Shown in pieces: positions 6,861 through 16,211 of a DNA stretch of 64,000 bases. The position numbers and the translations under genes were made by a program. Position 1 is the stretch's first letter. Each line of letters begins with the position of its first letter. The DNA lies in the NCBI GenBank assembly GCA_015231405.1, contig JADGBR010000001.1:219964-283963 (forward strand), in the 5' to 3' direction. Source of the stretch: Candidatus Omnitrophota bacterium (lineage in GTDB: Bacteria; Omnitrophota; Gorgyraeia; Tantalellales; Tantalellaceae). The notes under the pieces were generated by a model. That model was not told the origin of the DNA. It made no database searches and was given only the letters and a program-made list of their open reading frames with translations.

Positions 6861-7970
6861 ATGTATCGTCGAATTACTCTATCTATAAGGACGGCACTAA
6901 GAGCGGTCAGGGCTGAGCGGCTATATATCTTCATGATCATCTTCATGCTGATCATGCATTTCTCTGCTTTTATGGCGGATAAGGCTGGGGATCAAATCGC
7001 GGCGGAAGGTGCCGTCGTCGAAGGAAAGGTCCCAGATAAAAGTGCCGAATCCCTTACGATTTTCGATCCCGGGAAGATAGCGGAACGGGAGGAGAAACTC
7101 AGGACAAAGCTGCTAGAAGACCCCGGGATGGCTTTTTTCGTAGTGACCCTTAACCTCGCGGTGATATTCTTTATTTTTGTCGGCGTTTTCCTGGATATTT
7201 ATCTCTTGAAGAGGTTCATCCGGAAGGAGCCTCTGAATATAAGGATCGTATCGGGGAACGGGCCGTCCTGGAAGCTTAGGGACGTATTACGCGTATCCGT
7301 GATCTTCCTTTTTGCCGGCCATGTCTTTATTCTGTTACAGGGGGCCATGAATCAATATATGCCGTTCGCCGATAACGATAATTTTCAGATGATATTCAAT
7401 ACGATGATGATCAATATCGTCGCCGTGAGCGTTATCTTCTATTACGTTATCGTTAAATATCGCCAAAAACCCGAGGATCTGGGGATATCTATAAAGAGAT
7501 CAGAGCTCAACCTTCTTTACGGGGCGATAGGCTATATCGCTTTACTGCCTGTTGTTATCTTGATCATAATGGCCACCTACATTTTTATAAGGGTCATTAA
7601 CTACGTCCCGCCGGTTCAGCCCATAGTTCAAGTATTTCTGGATGAAAATTCCGCCGGAGTACTTTGGTCCTCCGTGATATTCGCCGCTTTCTTCGGCCCT
7701 CTTGCCGAAGAGTTGTTCTTCAGGGGATTCATGTATCCGGCTCTCAGGAAGAAATTCGGGATACTCGGCGGCGTATTCATAACGTCAGGCGTATTTTCAC
7801 TTTTACATTTTCACGCCGTGGGGTTCCTGCCGATCCTTGCATTGGGGGTCCTTCTGACGTATATATACGAGAAAACAGGATCGATTTTTACGCCTATCGC
7901 GATCCATATCTTTCACAATATCGCGATGGTCGTTATGGTGTTCATGGTGAGGGAGTTAGGGATATATTAG
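6861..7970 (+). CDS. CPBP-family (CAAX/Abi-type) intramembrane glutamic metalloprotease
   Basis: Multi-pass hydrophobic protein with motif 1 EELFFRG, motif 2 FSLLHFH, motif 3 HIFHN. Exact start uncertain; several in-frame Met. Confidence 0.7.
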   Translation: MYRRITLSIRTALRAVRAERLYIFMIIFMLIMHFSAFMADKAGDQIAAEGAVVEGKVPDKSAESLTIFDPGKIAEREEKLRTKLLEDPGMAFFVVTLNLAVIFFIFVGVFLDIYLLKRFIRKEPLNIRIVSGNGPSWKLRDVLRVSVIFLFAGHVFILLQGAMNQYMPFADNDNFQMIFNTMMINIVAVSVIFYYVIVKYRQKPEDLGISIKRSELNLLYGAIGYIALLPVVILIIMATYIFIRVINYVPPVQPIVQVFLDENSAGVLWSSVIFAAFFGPLAEELFFRGFMYPALRKKFGILGGVFITSGVFSLLHFHAVGFLPILALGVLLTYIYEKTGSIFTPIAIHIFHNIAMVVMVFMVRELGIY

Positions 7971-8049
7971 GTATGGGGTATGCCGATAGGGGGGCATAGC
8001 GAACTTTGCCGCTCTCTCCATGCGCTCTGCCGATAGATAAGGAGGACAT

Positions 8050-9117
8050 ATGGTCGAAACACTTCGCTTCCGTAACGGTAAACTCGAGCTGGTGGACCAG
8101 CGGCTATTACCCGGTAAGTTCAAATACGTAAAATGCGATACTCCCCGGGAAGTCTGGTCCGCGATAAAGGATATGACAGTGCGCGGGGCTCCGGCGATCG
8201 GTATCACCGGGGCTTACGGGGTATATCTGGGCATAAAGGGCTTTAAGGGGGTAACGACGAGAACTATTGTTCAGAAGGTCATTAAGACAGCCGAGTATCT
8301 CGCGACAAGTAGGCCTACGGCCAGAAATCTTTTCTGGGGGCTTGAACGCATGGTCAAAACCGCGAAAGATAATGGTGGCCTCCCTGCCTGTGAATTAAAA
8401 AAAATCCTTCTCAATGAAGCGCATGCGATACTCGAAGAAGATAAAGCGATATGCCGCGCGATAGGAGAGAACGGGAGCTTCCTGGTACCCAAAGGGGCGA
8501 GGGTGTTAACCCATTGCAACGCGGGCGCTCTGGCCACTGCTGATTACGGTACAGCTCTTGGAGTAATATATTCGGCGAAGGACAGGATACGCGAAGTGTT
8601 AGTGGACGAAACGAGGCCGGTTCTCCAGGGAGCGCGGCTTACTGCATGGGAGTTGGTAAATGAAGGTATCAACGCGACACTGATCTGCGATAACATGGCC
8701 GCTTACATGATGTCAAAAAAAAGGATAGATCTTGTTGTCGTCGGCGCGGACAGGATATCGGCAAACGGAGATACGGCCAATAAGATCGGCACATATTCGG
8801 TCGCTGTAAACGCGAAATATCACGGGATACCGTTCTACGTTGCGGCTCCATCCTCAACATTCGATCTGACGCTGAGGAGCGGAGCTCTCATACCGATCGA
8901 GGAAAGGGATCCCATGGAAGTTAAATCCCTGGGAGGAAAGCTGATAACTGTGAAGGGGATACATGCAGCTAACCCGGCCTTTGACGTCACTCCTGCCGGA
9001 CTTATTACCGGGATCATCACTGAAATGGGTGTGATACTAAAGCCGTCGCGATCCAGAGTTAAGATCGTACTTAACCGTGGTTCCCGATCTTCCCAACGCT
9101 ACGGCACCCGGGCGTGA
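8050..9117 (+). CDS. mtnA: Methylthioribose-1-phosphate isomerase (MtnA / eIF-2B-like family)
   Basis: N-terminal LELVDQRLLP, VRGAPAIG, ..CNAGALAT.., ADRI.ANGDTANKIGTY; about 355 aa. Confidence 0.75.
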   Translation: MVETLRFRNGKLELVDQRLLPGKFKYVKCDTPREVWSAIKDMTVRGAPAIGITGAYGVYLGIKGFKGVTTRTIVQKVIKTAEYLATSRPTARNLFWGLERMVKTAKDNGGLPACELKKILLNEAHAILEEDKAICRAIGENGSFLVPKGARVLTHCNAGALATADYGTALGVIYSAKDRIREVLVDETRPVLQGARLTAWELVNEGINATLICDNMAAYMMSKKRIDLVVVGADRISANGDTANKIGTYSVAVNAKYHGIPFYVAAPSSTFDLTLRSGALIPIEERDPMEVKSLGGKLITVKGIHAANPAFDVTPAGLITGIITEMGVILKPSRSRVKIVLNRGSRSSQRYGTRA

Positions 9118-9139
9118 TCCAGACTGGACGAGGAGAAAT

Positions 9140-10036
9140 ATGAGGGAGATCGCGATAATAGAAAGTATTAAAAAGATCGTGGGGAAGCCAGGGGCCGGGG
9201 TGAAGCTTGGGATAGGTGATGACACTGCGGTACTCGAATGGTCAAAAGACGAATATCTCCTCTTTAGCTCCGACATGATCGTCGAAAATACACATTTCAG
9301 GCTTCCATCGGATAGATATGAGCGGATAGGCTGGAAAGCGGCGGCGGTCAATATCAGCGATATAGCGGCCATGGGAGGGGTCCCGAAATACATTACGGTT
9401 TCGTTGGGGATCCCGAAAAACTTTCAAGACGTTTCTTTGAAAGCCCTTTACCGCGGCATTAAAAAGATCACCGCGAAATTCGGGGTAACTATTGTGGGAG
9501 GCGATCTTAACCGATCCGAGAAACTGGTAATAGATGTCGCCATTATCGGTAATATCAAGAAACGGGCGCTTGTGACCAGGAGCGGCGCTAAGGAAGGCGA
9601 CCGTGTGTTCATCACCGGTCCTGTCAGGGATGGCAAAAAGTGCCATCTCAGTTTTTTGCCAAGAGTAAAGGAAGCGCGGTATTTGACCGGGAAATATCGT
9701 ATTAATTCAATGATAGACGTGTCCGACGGGATAGCTCCCGACCTTTGGCGGATATGCCGCGCCAGCGGCTTGGGAGCTTCATTGAGCGAGAGCCTTTTGA
9801 GTTTAGCCGGGTCGAAAAATATCAACGATTCGCTATATTACGGGGAGAGCTTTGAGCTGGTGTTCACTTTGCCGGTAAAAGAGGCTGCTTCTCTTGAAAA
9901 AGATGTTAAAATGAGAACCGCTCCTTATAAATTCTTTCCGATAGGGATGATCGTCGCGCAAAAATACGGCGTTGTGATGGCCGATAATAAAGGCGTGGTT
10001 TCGCCCGTCATGTTCAAGGGGTATGAGCATTTATGA
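9140..10036 (+). CDS. thiL: Thiamine-monophosphate kinase
   Basis: AIR-synthase-like fold with GIGDDTAVLE and GGDL motifs. GAGGAG RBS before ATG 9140. The longer 9077 start overlaps mtnA, so I prefer 9140. Confidence 0.8.
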   Translation: MREIAIIESIKKIVGKPGAGVKLGIGDDTAVLEWSKDEYLLFSSDMIVENTHFRLPSDRYERIGWKAAAVNISDIAAMGGVPKYITVSLGIPKNFQDVSLKALYRGIKKITAKFGVTIVGGDLNRSEKLVIDVAIIGNIKKRALVTRSGAKEGDRVFITGPVRDGKKCHLSFLPRVKEARYLTGKYRINSMIDVSDGIAPDLWRICRASGLGASLSESLLSLAGSKNINDSLYYGESFELVFTLPVKEAASLEKDVKMRTAPYKFFPIGMIVAQKYGVVMADNKGVVSPVMFKGYEHL

Positions 10037-10099
10037 AGGCGATCGTGGGCCCGGATAAGTTGTTTAGGAAAGTGAACAGCCGAGAGGAGAGAGGGAAGA

Positions 10100-10564
10100 G
10101 TGATAAGAACGATAACTACGAGATCGGTTGAAGAGACCATTTTGCTGGGTTGTAAAATCGGCCGATCGCTTTGTGCGGGGGACGTGGTCGCGCTTATAGG
10201 CGCGCTTGGCGCCGGAAAAACGGTTTTTGTTAAAGGTATCGCTAAGGGTATCGGGTATGACGATCATAGATACGTCAACAGCCCGACTTTCGTTGTTGTA
10301 AAGGAGTATAAAGGCCGTATTGATCTTTACCATTTTGATGTCTACAGGCTGAATACATACGATTTTGAGGAAACCATAGATCTTGACAGGTACTTTTACG
10401 GGGACGGGGTATCGGTAGTTGAATGGGCCGATAAGATCGAAGATATTCTCCCCGATGAGTATCTTGAAATATCTATTTGTGATAAAGGGGAGAATGAGAG
10501 GGAATTCACGTTCCGCGGTATTGGAGAACGTTTTGCCGTGATCGTTGCCGGCATCGCCTGCTAG
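10100..10564 (+). CDS. tsaE: tRNA t6A37 biosynthesis ATPase TsaE (YjeE)
   Basis: Walker A GALGAGKT, conserved YHFDVYRL and VVEWA motifs; GTG start. Confidence 0.8.
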   Translation: MIRTITTRSVEETILLGCKIGRSLCAGDVVALIGALGAGKTVFVKGIAKGIGYDDHRYVNSPTFVVVKEYKGRIDLYHFDVYRLNTYDFEETIDLDRYFYGDGVSVVEWADKIEDILPDEYLEISICDKGENEREFTFRGIGERFAVIVAGIAC

Positions 10565-10613
10565 CATGAACGATCGACGAGAGCGCCTGGAGGCCGGTGC
10601 CTAAAGAGGGAAA

Positions 10614-11291
10614 ATGAAGACACTTGCGTTTGACGCTTCAACTAAATATCTGACCGTAGCCGTATTTGACGGTGCTAAATGTGTCTCGGAATATCATGAG
10701 GATATGGGGATACGGCATAGCGAGGTGCTCGTTCCTGTATTCAAAGAACTTTTAGAAGGCTTGAAATGGAAGATAAAAGACATTGATCTTGTGGCCGCAG
10801 GGTTAGGTCCGGGATCTTTCACGGGGATACGGATAGCCTTGTCAACGGCTAAGGCTTTGTGCTCGGTTCTAGGCGCGAAGCTTATAGGCGTTCCTACGAT
10901 GGACGCCATAATCTATAATCTGACCGGGAAATATAAAGGTCAGGCTGCTGTAGCGCTTGACGCCAGAAAAGGGAAGATCTATTCCCGTATTTACAATATC
11001 GATGATAAAGGCCCCCGTCCTATTTCCGGGCATCTGCTTTTGACAGTCGAGGAATTTTCGAGCTCGGCCAGGGAAGATACCCTTTCTATCGGCGATGCCG
11101 TTAACGTATATCACGGAACTCTAAAGAGAGATACTCGTATCAGCCAGGACTTATATGACGACTGGTTCCCACGGGGCCGGAATATCGGCATGATCGCTTC
11201 TCAAATGGCTGAAAATGGAACGGATGACCCGAAGACCCTTGAGCCCTTGTATTTGCACGCGAAAGAATGTAATATTAACCGAGGAAAATGA
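10614..11291 (+). CDS. tsaB: tRNA t6A37 biosynthesis protein TsaB (YeaZ)
   Basis: LAFDASTKYLTVAV, GPGSFTGIRI motifs of the inactive Kae1/TsaD paralogue; follows tsaE. Confidence 0.8.
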   Translation: MKTLAFDASTKYLTVAVFDGAKCVSEYHEDMGIRHSEVLVPVFKELLEGLKWKIKDIDLVAAGLGPGSFTGIRIALSTAKALCSVLGAKLIGVPTMDAIIYNLTGKYKGQAAVALDARKGKIYSRIYNIDDKGPRPISGHLLLTVEEFSSSAREDTLSIGDAVNVYHGTLKRDTRISQDLYDDWFPRGRNIGMIASQMAENGTDDPKTLEPLYLHAKECNINRGK

Positions 11292-11400
11292 ATAGAGATA
11301 TCAGCCGTCAGCTATCAGTTCTCAGCTTTTATGGTATTCTCCCGTACAAAAATGACAACTTGCAGCTTAAAGCTTATGGCTACAAGCTAAAAGGAAGAAG

Positions 11401-12519
11401 ATGGAACGCACATACAGGCCCACATGGGCTGAAATAGATCTGGGGGCCGTAAGTCATAACCTTGCCGAGATCAGGAGGGTAGTGGCAAGTAACGTCGCGA
11501 TAATGCCGGTCGTAAAAGCCAATGCCTACGGCCACGGGATATACAGGATAAGCGCCGAACTTATCACTAACGGCGTCAAATATCTGGGTGTCGCTACCGT
11601 TGATGAGGCCCTTTTCCTGAGACAGAAAGGGATTGATGTTTCCATCCTTGTCCTGGGCTCGGTGCTTCAGGAAGAGGCCGATCAGGCCGTCGATAATAAC
11701 ATTACCCTAACTCTTTGCAATGACTCGCTTTTTAGGGCTCTTATGATCTCCGCTAAAAAGTTCATGAAAAAGCCGAGAGTGCATATCAAAATAGACACCG
11801 GGATGGGTCGTATTGGCGTATGGCACGCGGACGCTTTTGAGTTCATAAAAAAGGTCTATGATACGGGCGTTATTGAAATTGAGGGAGTTTATACGCACTT
11901 TTCTTCGGCTTCAAGGGATAAAATGTACACGGAGATGCAGATAGAGTATTTCGAAAATGTGCTCTTGGCGCTTGAGAAGGAAAAAATAGGGATAAAATAC
12001 AAGCATGCTGATAATAGCATCGCTTCCGTCGAGTGGAAGAATACACACTATAACCTGGTGCGTCCGGGTATCCTGATATACGGGGTATATCCCAAAGAAG
12101 ATTTCAGGGAGGTCCTTGATCTCAAACCTGTCATGAGCCTGAAGACGCGGATAGTCCATTTGAAAGATACCCCCACCGGGCGGGCTTTAAGCTATGGTAG
12201 GACATATATAACCCAGAAGCCGACTAAGATCGCGACATTACCCATAGGGTACGCGGATGGTTACGGAAGGCTCCTTTCGAACCGGGCTGAGGCCCTGGTA
12301 CACGGCGAGCAGGTCAGGGTTGTCGGAATAGTCACTATGGATCAGACCCTCATAGACGTCGGCGAGATCGTAGATGTTAAAATTGGCGATGAAGTGGTCC
12401 TTTTCGGCGAGCAGAAAGGGGTAAAGATATCGGTTGAAAAAATATCAAAATTAGCTAAGACCATACCATACGAGATCCTTTCCGGAATAAAAGAAAGGGT
12501 TCCTCGGATCTATATTTAA
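11401..12519 (+). CDS. alr: Alanine racemase
   Basis: PLP-lysine motif VVKANAYGHG near N-terminus; C-terminal beta domain; 372 aa. Confidence 0.9.
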   Translation: MERTYRPTWAEIDLGAVSHNLAEIRRVVASNVAIMPVVKANAYGHGIYRISAELITNGVKYLGVATVDEALFLRQKGIDVSILVLGSVLQEEADQAVDNNITLTLCNDSLFRALMISAKKFMKKPRVHIKIDTGMGRIGVWHADAFEFIKKVYDTGVIEIEGVYTHFSSASRDKMYTEMQIEYFENVLLALEKEKIGIKYKHADNSIASVEWKNTHYNLVRPGILIYGVYPKEDFREVLDLKPVMSLKTRIVHLKDTPTGRALSYGRTYITQKPTKIATLPIGYADGYGRLLSNRAEALVHGEQVRVVGIVTMDQTLIDVGEIVDVKIGDEVVLFGEQKGVKISVEKISKLAKTIPYEILSGIKERVPRIYI

Positions 12520-12884
12520 AGAAACATCCGGAATATAGGTTTCAAAATCCAGCATCCATGAAATATATTTCAGAATTTTTGAAACATTTTTCCCAAAACA
12601 TGTGTCTATAATGGGTAGAGGATATGGGATGGAAGCGCGTGAGGCCCTTTTATACATACGGCGGCGTGAAACCCCGCCGTTAACAACGCTGTCGCGAAAG
12701 TCGCCTCAGTATGAACCCTTATCTTGAACACCAGGGCTTTAGCCCGGGGAGTTTGAATGGGTTCATTGAAAAAGAAAAATTTATTTGCAATTGTTTGGAT
12801 GTAATATTATATTAAATTATTAATTTCTATTAATTTTGGTCATTCAAAAGCAGGTCATTCGAACGGAAAGGGATAGGAGTCAAA

Positions 12885-14579
12885 ATGACAAAAATATCAG
12901 GCGCGGAAATCATAGTTAAAAGTCTGATCGAGGAGAATGTCAAACACGCTTTCGGGTATCCCGGAGGGGCTGTCATTCCTCTTATGGACGCGATATACGC
13001 CGAAAAAAAACTGAATTTCATACTGACAAGACATGAGCAGGGAGCGGCGCATGCGGCTGACGGATACGCCAGAGCTACCGGAGAAGTCGGTGTTTGCATA
13101 GCCACTTCAGGTCCGGGAGCGACTAATCTTGTCACCGGTATAGCTACGGCGAATATGGATTCCATACCCATGGTGGCTATTACCGGCCAGGTAAAATCTG
13201 TTCTTATCGGCAACGACGCTTTTCAGGAAGCTGATATTGTCGGGATAACAAGGCCGATAACTAAACACAATTATCTTGTAAAAAACATTTCCACGCTGGC
13301 CTCGACTTTGAAAGAAGCATTTCATGTCGCCAGGACCGGGAGGCCCGGGCCTGTATTGGTAGATGTACCGGTGGATGTTCAGCTCGCAAAAGACGAGTTT
13401 AAATATCCCAAGGATGTCAATATGAGAGGGTATAAACCCACTTATGTCGGGCATTCGAAACAGATAGAAAAGATCGCCCAAGCCATTGAGAACAGTAAAA
13501 GACCGGTCCTTTACATAGGCGGAGGTGTGATCCTTTCCGGAGCCAGTAAGGAACTAGCGAAACTGGCCAGGATGACAGACATCCCCGTGACCATGACGAT
13601 GATGGGACTCGGGGCCTTTCCCGGTGACGATCCATTATCACTCGGGATGCTGGGGATGCACGGTACGGCCTATGCTAACCACGCGATACAGGAATCGGAC
13701 CTTTTAATAGCCGTTGGGGCTAGGTTCGACGACAGGGTGACCGGGAGGGTGGATACGTTCGCTCCCGACGCGAAAGTCGTCCATATAGACATCGACCCTT
13801 CCAGCGTCAGCAAGAACGTGAGGGTCGATCTTCCCGTTATCGGCGACGCGCGACTGGTTCTTAAAGAGCTTTTGACATTTGTGAAAAAGCCGGATATAGC
13901 CGAATGGCATAAGAAGATAAAAAAATGGAAGAACGAGTTGCCGCTCAAATACAAAGATGACGATGTTTTGAGGCCGCAGTTCATTATTGAAACACTGGAA
14001 AGGCTGACCAGGGACAAGAACGTGATAATAACGACCGAGGTCGGTCAGAACCAGATGTGGTCGGCGCAGTATTTTTGTTTTCGTGAGCCCAGGACATGGT
14101 TGTCGTCAGGGGGGCTCGGGACCATGGGTTTCGGGTTTCCCGCGGCGATAGGCGCGCAGGTCGGTAAACCTGAGTGTCTTGTCATTGATATAGCCGGTGA
14201 CGGCAGTATACAAATGAATATCCAGGAGATGGCCACGGCGGTCCTTAATAAGCTCCCGGTTAAAATAGTCATACTAAACAACGGTTATCTTGGCATGGTC
14301 AGGCAATGGCAGGAATTATTCTACGACAGGAGGTACGCGTTCACCACTCTGTCAGACGGCGGGGATAGTTATTGTCCGGATTTCGTGAAACTGGCGGAAA
14401 GTTACGGAGCCGCGGGGATAAGGGTTAAAAGAAAAGACGAGGTCGAAAGCGCCATTAAAAAGGCTATCGGTATAGATGGTCCGGTAATGATCGATTTCAT
14501 CATACAACGGGAAGAGAACGTGTTCCCGATGGTGCCGGCCGGTGAGTCTATCAGCAACATGCTGCATGGCTTGGCGTAA
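12885..14579 (+). CDS. ilvB: Acetolactate synthase large subunit
   Basis: ThDP enzyme, 564 aa: GYPGGA..., [43 protein letters not shown]. Confidence 0.92.
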   Translation: MTKISGAEIIVKSLIEENVKHAFGYPGGAVIPLMDAIYAEKKLNFILTRHEQGAAHAADGYARATGEVGVCIATSGPGATNLVTGIATANMDSIPMVAITGQVKSVLIGNDAFQEADIVGITRPITKHNYLVKNISTLASTLKEAFHVARTGRPGPVLVDVPVDVQLAKDEFKYPKDVNMRGYKPTYVGHSKQIEKIAQAIENSKRPVLYIGGGVILSGASKELAKLARMTDIPVTMTMMGLGAFPGDDPLSLGMLGMHGTAYANHAIQESDLLIAVGARFDDRVTGRVDTFAPDAKVVHIDIDPSSVSKNVRVDLPVIGDARLVLKELLTFVKKPDIAEWHKKIKKWKNELPLKYKDDDVLRPQFIIETLERLTRDKNVIITTEVGQNQMWSAQYFCFREPRTWLSSGGLGTMGFGFPAAIGAQVGKPECLVIDIAGDGSIQMNIQEMATAVLNKLPVKIVILNNGYLGMVRQWQELFYDRRYAFTTLSDGGDSYCPDFVKLAESYGAAGIRVKRKDEVESAIKKAIGIDGPVMIDFIIQREENVFPMVPAGESISNMLHGLA

Positions 14580-14668
14580 GGCAGGGATTGCGAGATCTAG
14601 ACATATTGCTATCAACTGTCAGCTTTGCTGTACCAGTAGCAGATAGCTGTTAGCTAAAAGGAGATAAC

Positions 14669-15151
14669 ATGGCTAATTTTATTTTATCTGTCCTGGTAGA
14701 GAACAAATTCGGCGTACTCGCGCGTGTGTCCGGGCTCTTCAGCGCGAGGGGATTCAATATCACGTCCTTAGCTGTGGGTGAAACGGAGGATCCGGAAATA
14801 TCAAGGATGACGATCGTAGTCGACGCCGATGAGAGGATCCTCGAGCAGGTCAAGAAGCAGCTCCATAAGCTGATCGATACGATCAAGGTGCTTGATCTGA
14901 CAGGAAAAGAGACCGTGGAAAGGGAGCTCTTGCTGGTAAAGGTGAACGCCGATAAAACGTCTGTAAGGGAAAAGATAATTAAAGTCGCAGATACCACCGG
15001 TGCGAAAATAGTGGATATCGGGAAGAAGACCATAACAATAGAGGAAGCCGGTGATGAGCACAGGATAAAGGCGCTTATAGAACTGCTCAAACCATACGGC
15101 ATAATCGAAATGGCCAGAACGGGCAAAGTAGCCTTAAGTTCTGATAAGTGA
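14669..15151 (+). CDS. ilvH: Acetolactate synthase small (regulatory) subunit
   Basis: ACT domain start LSVLVENKFGVLARVSGLFSARGFNI; 160 aa directly after ilvB. Confidence 0.9.
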   Translation: MANFILSVLVENKFGVLARVSGLFSARGFNITSLAVGETEDPEISRMTIVVDADERILEQVKKQLHKLIDTIKVLDLTGKETVERELLLVKVNADKTSVREKIIKVADTTGAKIVDIGKKTITIEEAGDEHRIKALIELLKPYGIIEMARTGKVALSSDK

Positions 15152-15199
15152 TCTGTTTTGTGTAAGGCAATAGAAAAAAGCAAAAAAAGGAGAAATGAA

Positions 15200-16189
15200 A
15201 TGGCTAAGATCTATTATGACAAGGACGCGAATCTGGATATCATAAAAGGGACGAAAATAGCGATAATAGGCTACGGCATCCAGGGTCGCAGTCAGGCGCT
15301 CAATCTAAGGGATTCAGGTCTTACGGTACTTGTGAGCGAGCTTCCCAATACGGAAAATCACAGGCAGGCCGTCTCTGACGGGTTCAACGTTTTATCCGCC
15401 GAGGATGCTTCAAAGGAAGCCGGTATAATTCAGATACTCACGCAGGACCATGTGCAGGCCGCTGTTTACAAGAAAGCTATCGAACCTAATATGACAAAAG
15501 GCAAAGCGCTCGTCTTCTCCCACGGGTTCAATATCCATTTTAAACAGATAGTGCCGCCAAAGAACGTGGATGTTTTTATGGTAGCGCCTAAAGGTCCGGG
15601 CGCACTTGTCCGCCAGATGTACGAGGAGGGGAAAGGCGTCCCGTGCCTTGTGGCGATATACAAGAACCCTTCGGGTAAAGCGATGGATAAGGCTCTGGCA
15701 TACGCTAAGGGTATAGGCGGCACGAGAGCCGGAGTTATCGAGACCACTTTTAAGGAAGAGACGGAAACCGACCTCTTCGGGGAACAGGCCGTCCTTTGCG
15801 GCGGGGCTTCGGAGCTTATTAAGGCAGGGTTCGATACCCTTGTCGAGGCGGGATATCAGCCAGAGATCGCTTATTTCGAATGTCTACATGAGTTAAAGCT
15901 CATAACCGATCTTATTTACCGATACGGTATTACCGGCATGCGTAAAAGAGTATCGGATACCGCGGAATATGGGGACATATCCAGAGGAAAAAGGGTTATT
16001 ACGGAGAAGACCAGGAAAGAAATGAGGAAGATGCTTAAAGAGATACGGAACGGAAAGTTCGCTAAAGAATGGATAAAAGAGAACGAGGATGGCCGTCCAA
16101 ATTATAACCGTATCACAAAAGAAGAGGCCGAACACCCCGTCGAGAAGGTTGGCAGAGAGTTGAGAGCCATGATGCCCTGGATGGAATAA
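15200..16189 (+). CDS. ilvC: Ketol-acid reductoisomerase
   Basis: Rossmann motif [17 protein letters not shown], class I KARI length. AAAGGAGA RBS before ATG 15200. The longer 15158 start lacks an RBS. Confidence 0.9.
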   Translation: MAKIYYDKDANLDIIKGTKIAIIGYGIQGRSQALNLRDSGLTVLVSELPNTENHRQAVSDGFNVLSAEDASKEAGIIQILTQDHVQAAVYKKAIEPNMTKGKALVFSHGFNIHFKQIVPPKNVDVFMVAPKGPGALVRQMYEEGKGVPCLVAIYKNPSGKAMDKALAYAKGIGGTRAGVIETTFKEETETDLFGEQAVLCGGASELIKAGFDTLVEAGYQPEIAYFECLHELKLITDLIYRYGITGMRKRVSDTAEYGDISRGKRVITEKTRKEMRKMLKEIRNGKFAKEWIKENEDGRPNYNRITKEEAEHPVEKVGRELRAMMPWME

Positions 16190-16211
16190 GGCGGGATATA
16201 CGGAGGATCAA

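Noticed and set aside
12520-12884. T-box riboswitch or tRNA gene in the long gap before ilvB
   Set aside because: No T-box consensus (AGGGTGGNACCGCG), no GTTCRANYC T-loop motif or cloverleaf-compatible arms seen; only generic hairpins.
14650-15183. 177-aa minus-strand Ser-rich ORF antisense to ilvH
   Set aside because: Low-complexity S/I/L composition and complete overlap with the conserved ACT-domain gene; antisense shadow.
15158-15199. Longer ilvC start ([14 protein letters not shown]...)
   Set aside because: KARI proteins begin near the [10 protein letters not shown] motif. ATG 15200 has an AAAGGAGA RBS; the upstream extension is Lys-rich linker-like sequence in the ilvH-ilvC gap.
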